Shown: positions 47,866-57,299, counted from the stretch's first letter. The stretch is DNA of 64,000 nt from an uncultured Kiritimatiellota bacterium (GCA_944389585.1 CALXMW010000003.1:38466-102465), one strand, 5' to 3'. Numbers and translations: made by a program. Notes: generated by a model not told the origin, from the letters alone.

Positions 47866-48600
47866 TAGATCACAGCGGACGCAGAGGACACACAGAGAGA
47901 CGCGGAGGGGAAAGGGAAATCACAAAGGACACAACGGACACAAAGGCTCGCACGACGCAGGGGGAGATCACAGAGGGCACAGAGGACACACGGAGAGACA
48001 CAGAGGGAAAGGGAAATCACAAAGGACACAACGGACACAAAGGCTCGCACGACGCAGGGGGAGACCACAGAGGGCACGGAGGACACGCAGGGGGACACAG
48101 AGGGGAAAGGGAAATCACAAAGGACACCGTGAGCCGAAGGCGAACCTTCCACGGCTACGGACACAAAGGGGACGGGAAAGGAAAGGAAAAGGGAAATTGG
48201 GGCAAGGGGCGCTGCCCCTTGAACCCCGGCAGGGGGAAGCTCCCCCTGCACCCGCGGCACGTCCGCCGGACGTGCCTGTCGCACGGCGTGGCGCCTGCCA
48301 AGCGGGAGACGGACTGGGTGGGCAGAAAGGAGGACGGGCTGTGGGCGTTGACCGTCCCAGGCGTTGTCCGTCTCAGTTGTCCCAGTGGTCTCAGTGGTCC
48401 CAATGCGGCGTGGGGTGCGGCGCGCCCTGGGACCACTGGGACTTCTGGGACCCCTGAGACGGCGCCCTGCCCGCCGCCCCGTTAGGGGCGTTCCCTTTTC
48501 CCTCTGTGTCCCCCTGTGTGGTCTCCGTGCCCTCTGTGGTCTCCCCCTGCGTCGCGTAAGCCGCTGTGTCCTCTGTGGTCTGCCCAAAAAGTTTTGCTTG
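47866..48600. repeat. Second large copy of the nested palindromic octamer-repeat element
   Basis: Same module order as 32799-33780: CACAGAGG-type octamer tandem arms (47880-48140), GGGGCAAGGGGCGCTGCCCCTTGAACCCCGGCAGGGGGAAGCTCCCCCTGCACCCGCGGCACG, GGGCAGAAAGGAGGAC, GTCCCAGTGGTCTCAGTGGTCCCAA / GGGACCACTGGGACTTCTGGGAC, then inverted octamer arm. Confidence 0.7.
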
Positions 48601-48633
48601 CCGGGAGGGTATGGCGTTTGGTACAATGAGAGC

Positions 48634-51432
48634 ATGGCTAGAGTTTTGTTTGTCGTTGCCCTGCTGTCGTTTGTCTCGGTGCTCTCCGGCGCGTCGAGCA
48701 AGGATGCCACTTACAAAGAAAGCACGGCGGTCGTCGTGCGCGCCCACCCGTGGCTCACCCGCGGCCTCGAGCGCGAAAGCCTCATCGGCATCCGCTTCTG
48801 GGGCGTTCAGGGCGCGTGGGGTGGGGGGCTGGACACCATAACTTTCCGTCTGCGTCTGGAGAACTGCACGCGCGACCAGCTGGGCGACATTCAGCTTTGG
48901 CGCATGGACTTCAACCACTACGGTTTCTACGAGCCCAACGCCATCCGCTTGGACGGCGTTCACGGCACGCTCACCGAGGCCGGGCAGGAAGGCACGTACA
49001 CCTTCACCTTCACCGGAGACGGTTCGGATGCCGCCGGTCGCCCGGATTGGTTCTACCCCCACACGCCGGGGCGCGTGGAGAGCGACTACCTCTGGCTCAC
49101 GGCGGAGATTGACCCGGCCATCTCCCGCGACGCCAAAATCTACGCCGACGTCACCGATTCCTCCATCTCCATCGGCGAGTGCGTCTATCAGGTGGACAAC
49201 AACCTGCTCTCCGACGGCACGGTGGCCCCGCACCGGGTCTATCCCTTCCAGTATCGTATCAATGCTTACCTGCGGGCCGACCGGATGCGTGGCGTGTACG
49301 CCTCGGATATCTTGGACAACGCGACGGCGGCGCGGTTGGCGGGGTTGACCGACGTGATGCTTTCCTCCCTGAAGGTGACCTACAATAGGGGGCAAAAGTC
49401 TTTTTATCTCAATTTGAACGAGACCTATTGGCATCAAGGGCGCAGTGCCACCTATGGAGGTGGTCTGCGGCGCCTGACCGACCTGCGCGACGGCACGAAC
49501 AAGGGTGGCGGCAATCCGAACCTTCACGCCGCCCCGCACCTGCGTGTCTTCGCTAGCCTTGACAAAGGTCCCTTTATCCAAGCGCTGAACGCGGATGGGA
49601 CCGGGAAGACAGAGGTTGTGGGGTACGATGCGAACGGGAAAGAAATCACCAAGCCGGTCTGGGAGAAGTTGGACTCCAACGGCGACGGCGCGCACGAGGC
49701 CTATCCCTTGGGCCATGCGGCGGGAAGCCGTTACCGTGCCAAGCTCGTGGACGAGATTGTTGAGATGATGAAAGCGTGCGACCTGGACGGTCTGGACATC
49801 GACTGGGAGTATCCCAACCAAATCCGTGACGGTGTCGCCGGAGGCGGCAACGGGAACAAGGAATACGAGAAATACGGGCTCCTGCTCCGTGACCTCTCGG
49901 AGGCCTTCTTCAACCACGGGTGGGAGTTGGCCATGTGCACAAACCAAACTGGCTGGCAGATTCCGGATGGGCCGAAGCTCGCCGCGGCTGATTTCGTCAA
50001 CTCGATGGCCTACGGACCTTGGCCGACCTTCTTGGGCAACTCCGTGATGACCCAAGGCATCAATGTCTGCACCGCACGCAGCATCCCCAAGCGGCGAATC
50101 ATTGTGGGGCAAGCCATGTATTCCAACGCATACTGGCAGTATGGTTGGGGCGAAGTTGCCAACTTCATCCGCCAGGCACACTCCGACCGCTTCACCCGGC
50201 AGGACTGCGACACGGTCTGGAGAAGCTGGTCGCTCAGTGATAGAAATGGTGCCTACGTCAACTCGACCGGGCCAAGCACCTACCGCGCGAAGTGCAACCG
50301 CGCCCGCATGGAGGGCTACGGCGGCGTGATGAGCTGGGGCTACTACTCGGACTGCGTTTGGAACGATGCCGATTTGCTCTCCTTGGGCCGCAATCAATGG
50401 CAGGCCATTTGGCCGCATGATGTCTGGCAGCCCCCGCAGGCCGAGGACGGCTTCTACTTGCTCGACAGTGAGGAGGATTGGTTCTGGTTCCAGGACAACC
50501 CCAGCAACGACGTGCGCCTGGCCGCCGATATCACCTTCACCCACGACCCCCTCCCCATCGAAAGCTTCGCCGGCACCCTCGACGGCGCCGGCCACACCCT
50601 CACCCTGCCCCGGGACGTCTGGCTCTGTACCTTCGACAACACCGCCCTCTTCCAGTCTATCACCGGCACCGTAAAAGACCTCACAGTCGTCCTCGAAGGC
50701 CGCGTCGTCTGCCGCGCCGACCGCAAGAACGACTCCTCCGTGTACACCTCGTCGGTCGCCGGGGATGGGCGCGCCGCCGTGCTCGCCGCCTCGCTCAGCA
50801 ATCCCGGCAAACTGGAAAACGTCACGGTCCGTGTCGCCGCTGGGGCGGAGGTACAGGGCGCCAAGCAGGCCGCCGCCGTCGTTGGCGATGTCTGGCACGG
50901 AAGCAACAGCGACTGGCTCGCCATGAAGGGTGTCCGCGTGGAGATCGACGGCATCGTGCGCAACCTGGCGGACAACTCCGGCGGGACGACCTTCAACCCC
51001 AACGGCGTTTGCGCCGGCGGCCTCCTCGCCAAATTGGGCGAAGGGGACGGCGTCACGGGCGTGCGCCTGGAGGATTGCAGCGTCCGCGTCGGCGCCCAAG
51101 GCCGCATCGCCAACGAGACCGGTACCGTCGCCGTCGCCGCCGCAGGTGCCATCGGCCACCTCGCCACGACCGGTCCGACCATCCAAAACCTCACCGTCTC
51201 CCTGGCCTCGGCCGATTCCGTCACCAGCGTCGCCGGCAACGCCCCCACCGGCAACTCCGCCCAGCCCTGGCTCAACGCTTACTACGCCATCACCGTCACC
51301 GGGGAGGACCTCTCCGGCGCCGTCACCGTGCCGCGCGGCCAAGAAGAGGCCTTCCGCGCGAAGTGGGATTCGTACTGGCTGGAAGACCGCGCGCCGTTGT
51401 GGTTCCCGGGGTACCGGCTGCGCCTGCGGTGA
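48634..51432 (+). CDS. Glycoside hydrolase family 18 domain protein with large N- and C-terminal extensions (932 aa), secreted
   Basis: GH18 catalytic motif DLDGLDIDWEYP. N-terminal signal MARVLFVVALLSFVSVLSGASS. ATG 48634 lies in frame in track ORF 48364..51432, whose 5' end lies in the repeat. Confidence 0.78.
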   Translation: MARVLFVVALLSFVSVLSGASSKDATYKESTAVVVRAHPWLTRGLERESLIGIRFWGVQGAWGGGLDTITFRLRLENCTRDQLGDIQLWRMDFNHYGFYEPNAIRLDGVHGTLTEAGQEGTYTFTFTGDGSDAAGRPDWFYPHTPGRVESDYLWLTAEIDPAISRDAKIYADVTDSSISIGECVYQVDNNLLSDGTVAPHRVYPFQYRINAYLRADRMRGVYASDILDNATAARLAGLTDVMLSSLKVTYNRGQKSFYLNLNETYWHQGRSATYGGGLRRLTDLRDGTNKGGGNPNLHAAPHLRVFASLDKGPFIQALNADGTGKTEVVGYDANGKEITKPVWEKLDSNGDGAHEAYPLGHAAGSRYRAKLVDEIVEMMKACDLDGLDIDWEYPNQIRDGVAGGGNGNKEYEKYGLLLRDLSEAFFNHGWELAMCTNQTGWQIPDGPKLAAADFVNSMAYGPWPTFLGNSVMTQGINVCTARSIPKRRIIVGQAMYSNAYWQYGWGEVANFIRQAHSDRFTRQDCDTVWRSWSLSDRNGAYVNSTGPSTYRAKCNRARMEGYGGVMSWGYYSDCVWNDADLLSLGRNQWQAIWPHDVWQPPQAEDGFYLLDSEEDWFWFQDNPSNDVRLAADITFTHDPLPIESFAGTLDGAGHTLTLPRDVWLCTFDNTALFQSITGTVKDLTVVLEGRVVCRADRKNDSSVYTSSVAGDGRAAVLAASLSNPGKLENVTVRVAAGAEVQGAKQAAAVVGDVWHGSNSDWLAMKGVRVEIDGIVRNLADNSGGTTFNPNGVCAGGLLAKLGEGDGVTGVRLEDCSVRVGAQGRIANETGTVAVAAAGAIGHLATTGPTIQNLTVSLASADSVTSVAGNAPTGNSAQPWLNAYYAITVTGEDLSGAVTVPRGQEEAFRAKWDSYWLEDRAPLWFPGYRLRLR

Positions 51433-51539
51433 GGGCAAAGCCGCAAAAAAAATAAGTCTTTGTGCTTGACGGGGGGGGGGAAGATGTTATTGTACTCCCA
51501 TCTCAGCGGCATGGTGCCGTTGCAAGAAAGGAGTATAGC

Positions 51540-52244
51540 ATGAAGAAAGTTGGTTTCTTGATGGCCGCCCTGTGTGTGGCCGGTCTGGCCCAGGCGGTGA
51601 GTGTGGGGTGGAACACGTTGAAGGGGACGGATGGCGCGGTGAATCTCTCCGGCACGTCTTACACGTGCGGCGTTAACCAGACGAAGACCTATGCCGTCAT
51701 CGTCACGGGCGTCAGCGGTTTGTCGACGACCGCCGATAAGACGCTTTTCGCCATCAGCGCGGGTTTCCCCTCGGATGGCAATGTCCCCAATCAGGATCCC
51801 AAGGTTTTCATCAAACAACGGGGCGATGGGGACGGTTCCTCTACCTTTAAGTACCAGAGTGACGCTTATGTTCGTGATTTCGAAAACATGCCGTCGGGTA
51901 CGAAGCCCGGGATGACGAACTCCGGGAGCGCGGCGCTGGCGGTGACCATCGCCCGTGACTCGGATGGCGTGGGTTCGGTCACTTTCTACCTGGACGGCCA
52001 GCAGATTGGCACGGCTTCTTTCGGCGCCAGCACGAACGTGCTTTCCTACATCGTCTACGGGAAGGATTTCAACGGCGGGAACGGCTATAGCGGCAATTGG
52101 GAGCTGTTCGTGACGAATGGTGCGGTCAACGCCACTGACATCACGGTGGAAAACATCCGCGCGAATGTGGTTCCCGAGCCGACGGCGCTGGCGTTGCTGG
52201 CGCTGGGCGTGGCGGGCGTGGCGCTTCGCCGCCGCGTGGCGTAA
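51540..52244 (+). CDS. PEP-CTERM sorting-domain secreted protein (paralog of 15748-16410 at the sorting tail)
   Basis: Signal MKKVGFLMAALCVAGLAQA. C-terminal VVPEPTALALLALGVAGVALRRRVA is identical over 21 aa to the other PEP-CTERM tail. AAAGGAG RBS. Confidence 0.8.
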   Translation: MKKVGFLMAALCVAGLAQAVSVGWNTLKGTDGAVNLSGTSYTCGVNQTKTYAVIVTGVSGLSTTADKTLFAISAGFPSDGNVPNQDPKVFIKQRGDGDGSSTFKYQSDAYVRDFENMPSGTKPGMTNSGSAALAVTIARDSDGVGSVTFYLDGQQIGTASFGASTNVLSYIVYGKDFNGGNGYSGNWELFVTNGAVNATDITVENIRANVVPEPTALALLALGVAGVALRRRVA

Positions 52245-52340
52245 GGGCGCGGACGCGCGTTTGTGTGGGGCGCGGGGCCGCGAGGTCTCCCGCGCCCTTG
52301 TTTTTTGTGAGACGGCAGGATTTCGGAAAGGCGGCCAGCG

Positions 52341-54236
52341 ATGGTTTCGAGGCGCGGATTTTTGGGGATGTTGGGGCTTGGCGCGGGGGCGTTGGCGGCG
52401 CGGCCGCTGTTGGGGCAGGGGGCGGCGTCGGGCGCGTCGGGCGGCGGGAAGCAGCCGAACATCGTCCTTTTCATGGTGGACGACATGGGCTGGCAGGATA
52501 CGTCGGTGCCCTTTTATTACCGCGATGGCCGGCCGGTGGTGACGCGCCTGAACAAGCGCTACGGCCACGGGAAGGATGAGACCTACCCCAATCAGAATGA
52601 GCGGCGGACGCCGAACATGGAGCGTCTGGCGGCGCAGGGGATGGTCTTTTCGAATGCCTATGCGTGCGCGGTGTGCTCGCCTTCGCGGTGCTCGCTGATG
52701 AGCGGGATGAACGCGGCGCGCCATCGGGTGACGGATTGGACGCTGGGGGTGAACCAGGCGAACCGCTTCACGTCGGCCGGCGAGGGGTTGTACCCGCCGC
52801 GCTGGGCGGCGAACGGCCTGCAGCCGCCGGGGACGACGGCGCAGGGTCACTGCCAGCCGCCGTGGTGCCAGGACGCGAGCGGGAAGTACTACCAGCCCAC
52901 CTTCGGGAGCACGGAGGGGGCGGTGGCGTACACGATGACGATGCCCTTCATGAACGCGCTGACCTTCCCGCAAGTACTGAAGGACGCGGGCTACCACACC
53001 ATCCACGTGGGCAAGGCGCACTGGGGCAGCGGGAACGGGCCCTACAACAGCACGGCGCGCAAGCGCACCACGCCGGGGGCCGACCCGCGCGCCTTCGGCT
53101 TCGACGTGAACATCGCCGGGTGCGAGATCGGCGGGCCGAACAACTACCGCGGCGACGCGGGCTATGGCAACCGCTCGGGCGGCAACCAATTCATGACCCC
53201 CGGCCTCGACGAGAACAACTACTACGCGGACAACGTCTTCCTGACCGACGCCCTCACCGACATGACGCTGCGCGAACTCGACCGCCACCGCGAGGACGCG
53301 CCAGGGCAGCCCTTCTACCTCTACATGGCGCACTATGCCATCCATTCCCCCCTCGACAACGCCCGCGCGTGGGACCATACCCGCTCGGCCAGTCAGACCC
53401 CCGCCGCCGACACGATGAACCCCATCCCCAACGACGGGCTCGACTGGAACGCGACCGAGCGCAACTACGGCACGCTCATCAAGGGCATGGACGATTCGCT
53501 CGGGCTGCTCCTGGACTGGTTGGAGAAGAACGGCGAGCTGGAGAACACCCTCTTCGTCTTCATGGCCGACAACGGCGGCCTCGCCGTCTCGGGCCGCCTG
53601 GGGAACGCGAACGCCCCCGCCCGCGCCGGCAAGGGTTCCTGCTACGAGGGCGGCACGCGCGAGCCGCTCATCGTCGCCTGGCCCGGGAAGATTGCGCCCG
53701 GGAGCGTCAGCCACGAGCCCGTCATCATCGAGGACTTCTATCCCACCCTCCTCGCGGCGGCGGGCGTGGCGGTGCCCGCGCAGTCGGCGCTGGCGACGAC
53801 GGACTACGAGGGCGAGAGCGTCCGGCAGGTCATCGACGGCGAGAGTTTCCTGCCCGTGCTCCTGGGCGAGCGGGCGACCGTGCGCGCGGATGGCGCGGCG
53901 CGCCCCCTGCTCTGGCATTACCCCAACAAGTGGGGCGAGGGGCCCGAGGGCAAGGCCTACAACTTCTATTCCGCCCTGCGCCTGGGCCGCTGGAAGCTCA
54001 TCTACCAGCATAGCGACAGGAGCTTCGAGCTCTACGACATCGAGCGCGACATCTCCGAGCAGGAGAACCTCGCCGCGCGCCTCCCCGCCAAGGTCGAGGA
54101 ACTCCGCCGGACGATGGGCGCGTTGCTCCGCGAGCGCGGGGCGCAGATGCCGCGCGTCGGCAACGCCAACGGCGAAGCCGTGCCCCTGCCCAACGAGACG
54201 CCGCTCAACGTCGGCGGCCTGACCCTGCGCAACTGA
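52341..54236 (+). CDS. Sulfatase (formylglycine-dependent) with twin-arginine signal
   Basis: Tat motif SRRGFLGMLGL. Sulfatase signature CAVCSPSRCSLMSGM (C-x-P-S-R). N-terminal PNIVLFMVDDMGW. Confidence 0.9.
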   Translation: MVSRRGFLGMLGLGAGALAARPLLGQGAASGASGGGKQPNIVLFMVDDMGWQDTSVPFYYRDGRPVVTRLNKRYGHGKDETYPNQNERRTPNMERLAAQGMVFSNAYACAVCSPSRCSLMSGMNAARHRVTDWTLGVNQANRFTSAGEGLYPPRWAANGLQPPGTTAQGHCQPPWCQDASGKYYQPTFGSTEGAVAYTMTMPFMNALTFPQVLKDAGYHTIHVGKAHWGSGNGPYNSTARKRTTPGADPRAFGFDVNIAGCEIGGPNNYRGDAGYGNRSGGNQFMTPGLDENNYYADNVFLTDALTDMTLRELDRHREDAPGQPFYLYMAHYAIHSPLDNARAWDHTRSASQTPAADTMNPIPNDGLDWNATERNYGTLIKGMDDSLGLLLDWLEKNGELENTLFVFMADNGGLAVSGRLGNANAPARAGKGSCYEGGTREPLIVAWPGKIAPGSVSHEPVIIEDFYPTLLAAAGVAVPAQSALATTDYEGESVRQVIDGESFLPVLLGERATVRADGAARPLLWHYPNKWGEGPEGKAYNFYSALRLGRWKLIYQHSDRSFELYDIERDISEQENLAARLPAKVEELRRTMGALLRERGAQMPRVGNANGEAVPLPNETPLNVGGLTLRN

Positions 54237-54247
54237 AAGGAGCCGCC

Positions 54248-56065
54248 ATGCGCACAGCCCTCTTGCTCGCCGTTCTCTGCCCCCTCGCCGCCCTCGCGCA
54301 GTCCGCGACCGAGGCCCTCACCCCCGTCCTCGTGACCTTTGGGGCCGAAACAGACCATGGCAGGGAGTTCGGGCCCCTGACCTCGACGTTCCCTTGGCGC
54401 GGCTCAGGGGCCTACACGTGGAACCGTGCGAACGCCAGCGGCACCGCGCTTAAGGATGGCGCCGGCAAGGACGCCTTCGTGACCTATGCGTCAAACGGCA
54501 CCCTGTGCGGAAGCGGTGGCGTTTTGGCCGCAGGGGACTTCCCTGGGCGCAACGCGGACTTCCCGCAGGGTGTCGCGACGGGAGACTGGAATGGGGGCTG
54601 CCTGAATCTGCAAACGACGGAGGCGAACCCCTTGACCTTGACGTTGCGCGGGCTTGACCCGAAGGGACGCTACACCCTGACCGTCTTGGCCGCGCGCAAG
54701 AATGCTTGGGGAGGCGGCACGACGACCTACACGGTCAGCAACGCCACCGAGGTCTCCGCCGCAAGCAAGAACGACGCCCACGCCGTCAGCGGCACAAGCG
54801 TGAGCCAGGACACCAACAGCGGCAATTGGGTGGTGATGACCTTTGCCTTCACCGCACCGGATGGCACGGCCACGTTGACCTGCAGGGGCGGCGCCGGCAA
54901 CCTCAACGCCTTTGCGTTGGAGGGGACGGTGCCCGCGCGGTGGCAGTGGGCGAACCCCAAGGGCGGGAGCTGGTCGGACGCGGCCAACTGGGCGAACACG
55001 GAGGCCGGCGGCGAACCGTGGCTCCGTGACCTGGAGGGCGCCGACGGCGCGGTGGAGATTGTCTATGACGCCGCGTCCGAGCCGGAGCGCGTCCGTTGCG
55101 ACGCCACCGCCACGGCTTACGTGCTCAAGGCGGGGACCTTCGGGTGCGCCTTCGTGGACGGCGAGGTCGTCAAGGACGGCCCCGGCACGGTGACGTTGAC
55201 CTCCGATGAGACCACGGCGGATTTCTTCGTGACGGAGGGGACGCTGCAGGTGGACGGTACGGCCGGGGACGTGACGGTTCTCGGTGGCACGGCCCTCGGC
55301 GGCGCGGGCAGGGTCGCCAAGATCGTCTTCAAGGACGGCGCGATTTTGGACGCCGCCGCGGGAGCCTTGACGGCGGGATCTATCGCCGCCGCAACACCGA
55401 CGTTGCTGGACAAGTCTTTGCCGGATGGCGCAACGCTTCCTGCCACCGCCACGGTGACGGTGCGCGTGCCGGAGGGGCGGGGCGACGGCCCGGTGCTCGC
55501 GTGGGAAGGGGCCTTGCCCAAGGGGTTGGCCTTCGCGGTGGAGGACGCGGCGGGCAACGACCTTTCCGAGTATGTGGAGCGGGGGGAGGGCTCGCTGGGG
55601 CTGAAGGACACCGCCCAGGTCGAGGCCGGGCTGGCGGGGGCCGCGCGCTCGGCCGTCCTGGCGGCGGCCATCGGCGCGGGGCTGAAGGGGGAGGTGGGGC
55701 TGGCCGGCGTGGACGCGGCGGCGGCGAACGAGGTCTTCGGCTGCTTCGAGGGCGAGGGGCTGTGCGTGGCGGACACGGCGGCCAACGCGGTCGCGGTGGG
55801 CTATGCCTTCGGCATCGCGGATGTGCGGCTGGAAGGGGCGGAGGCCGTCGTCACCGTGCGCGTGGGCGACCGCGCGGGCGGGGCGGGGCCGACCTTCGTG
55901 GAGGGCGCCGCGGTGCGTCTGACCCGGGGCGGGGAGACGCTTGCCTCCGCCGAGGCGCCGGCGGGCGCGGCGGAGGTCACGCTGCGGGTCGAGGCCTCGG
56001 CGCTGGGCGGCGGAGGCGGGGTCGCGGCGGAGGCCTTCGCGCCGGGCGCGGCGGCCGGGGAGTGA
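54248..56065 (+). CDS. Secreted hypothetical protein, probably beta-helical (autotransporter-associated beta-strand-repeat-like)
   Basis: Signal MRTALLLAVLCPLAALAQS. WQWANPKGGSWSDAANWANTEAGGEP resembles the W..G.W....NW openers of Verrucomicrobial beta-strand-repeat proteins. G/A-rich. AAGGAG RBS. Confidence 0.55.
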   Translation: MRTALLLAVLCPLAALAQSATEALTPVLVTFGAETDHGREFGPLTSTFPWRGSGAYTWNRANASGTALKDGAGKDAFVTYASNGTLCGSGGVLAAGDFPGRNADFPQGVATGDWNGGCLNLQTTEANPLTLTLRGLDPKGRYTLTVLAARKNAWGGGTTTYTVSNATEVSAASKNDAHAVSGTSVSQDTNSGNWVVMTFAFTAPDGTATLTCRGGAGNLNAFALEGTVPARWQWANPKGGSWSDAANWANTEAGGEPWLRDLEGADGAVEIVYDAASEPERVRCDATATAYVLKAGTFGCAFVDGEVVKDGPGTVTLTSDETTADFFVTEGTLQVDGTAGDVTVLGGTALGGAGRVAKIVFKDGAILDAAAGALTAGSIAAATPTLLDKSLPDGATLPATATVTVRVPEGRGDGPVLAWEGALPKGLAFAVEDAAGNDLSEYVERGEGSLGLKDTAQVEAGLAGAARSAVLAAAIGAGLKGEVGLAGVDAAAANEVFGCFEGEGLCVADTAANAVAVGYAFGIADVRLEGAEAVVTVRVGDRAGGAGPTFVEGAAVRLTRGGETLASAEAPAGAAEVTLRVEASALGGGGGVAAEAFAPGAAAGE

Positions 56066-56074
56066 AGAAAGGGC

Positions 56075-56104
56075 TTGACTTTTTCCCCGCGCTTGGCGTA
56101 TCAT
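56075..56104 (+). promoter_or_regulatory. Candidate promoter of the aromatic-amino-acid operon (-35 TTGACT, 18-nt spacer, -10 TATCAT)
   Basis: Motif reading. The leader-peptide ATG lies 11 nt after the -10, so near-leaderless. Confidence 0.4.
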
Positions 56105-56114
56105 TAGGGCCATC

Positions 56115-56177
56115 ATGAACCGTTACTTTGGCTTTGGCTTTTACTTTGGACCGCGCGCCGCTCGGCCCTCCCGGTGA
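56115..56177 (+). CDS. Candidate attenuation leader peptide MNRYFGFGFYFGPRAARPSR (4 Phe + 2 Tyr in 8 residues)
   Basis: Short ORF directly upstream of the DAHP synthase. Aromatic-codon run TAC TTT GGC TTT GGC TTT TAC TTT. Confidence 0.45.
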   Translation: MNRYFGFGFYFGPRAARPSR

Positions 56178-56207
56178 TTGCCAAGGCAAAGCAAGGGATT
56201 TCCGAAC

Positions 56208-56241
56208 GGCCGCGCTCCCCACAAGGGTGTGCGGCTTTTCG
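56208..56241 (+). terminator. Candidate attenuator hairpin (GGCCGCGCTCCCC-ACAA-GGGTGTGCGGC followed by TTTTC) in the DAHP synthase 5' leader
   Basis: 11-bp stem with one mismatch and one G-U pair, followed by a 4-U tract. About 25 nt upstream of ATG 56263. Confidence 0.4.
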
Positions 56242-56262
56242 TCAAAAAAGAAAGAGACAACG

Positions 56263-57288
56263 ATGATCATCATCATGAAACCCACGGCCACCCAGGCCGA
56301 CGTGCAGACCATCTGCGATTGGATCACCTCGCTGCGATACCAGCCGCGCGTGACCACGGGCTCCGACCAGACCATCATCGCCTGCATCGGCAGCGAGATC
56401 AACCCGCAGACCGTGGAGCAGCTCGAGGCGCTCCCGACCGTCCAGGAAATCATCCACGTGAGCAAGAAATACAAGCTGGTGTCCCGCGACTTCAAGGCCG
56501 AGGACACGATCGTCGACGTCAAAGGCACCAAGATCGGCGGCGGGCACATCCCCGTGCTGGCCGGCCCCTGCGCGGTGGAAAGCTACGACCAGTTCCACGC
56601 CGTGGTGGCCGACCTCGTGGCGCTGGGCATCACCGTCATCCGCGCCATGGTCTACAAGCCGCGCACCTCCACCTACGACTTCCAAGGGCTGAAGGAGGAA
56701 GGCATCCGCGTCCTGCGCGAGGTCAAGCGCGACTTCCCCCAAATCGCCTACATCACCGAGGTCCCCGGCCCCAACCAGATCGAGGCCCTCATGGACGTGG
56801 TGGACGTCTTCCAGGTGGGCGCGCGCAACTCCCAGAACTACGACCTCCTCGAGCGCCTCGGCAAGGCCGGCAAACCCGTCATCCTCAAGCGCGGCCTCGC
56901 CGGCACCGTCGAGGAATGGCTCCAAAGCGCCGAATACCTCATGGCCAACGGCTGCCAGGACGTCATCCTCTGCGAGCGCGGCATCCGCACCTACGAGACC
57001 ATCACCCGCAACTGCCTGGACCTCGGCGCCCTCGCCGCCACCAAACGCCTCACCCACCTGCCCATCGTGGCCGACCCCTCCCACGGCGGCGGCAAGCTCG
57101 AGCTCGTGGTGCCCCTCTCCCGCGCCGCCCTAGGCGCCGGCTGCGACGGCCTCCTCGTCGAGACCCACCCCGACCCGAAGCACGCCTTCTCCGACGCCGC
57201 CCAGCAGATCCCCTCCGCCCAGTTCGGCGACTACCTCCGGGCCATCAAACCCTGGCTCGACCTGGCCCAGGCCGCCCGCCGCGCCTAA
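56263..57288 (+). CDS. 3-deoxy-7-phosphoheptulonate (DAHP) synthase, type I-beta with N-terminal regulatory domain
   Basis: KIGGGHIPVLAGPCAVES, VYKPRTSTYDFQGL, IVADPSHGGG are KDO8PS/DAHPS-I-beta-like motifs. N-terminal about 70-aa ferredoxin-like/ACT-like extension. Confidence 0.88.
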   Translation: MIIIMKPTATQADVQTICDWITSLRYQPRVTTGSDQTIIACIGSEINPQTVEQLEALPTVQEIIHVSKKYKLVSRDFKAEDTIVDVKGTKIGGGHIPVLAGPCAVESYDQFHAVVADLVALGITVIRAMVYKPRTSTYDFQGLKEEGIRVLREVKRDFPQIAYITEVPGPNQIEALMDVVDVFQVGARNSQNYDLLERLGKAGKPVILKRGLAGTVEEWLQSAEYLMANGCQDVILCERGIRTYETITRNCLDLGALAATKRLTHLPIVADPSHGGGKLELVVPLSRAALGAGCDGLLVETHPDPKHAFSDAAQQIPSAQFGDYLRAIKPWLDLAQAARRA

Positions 57289-57299
57289 GCGCGGCGCGG

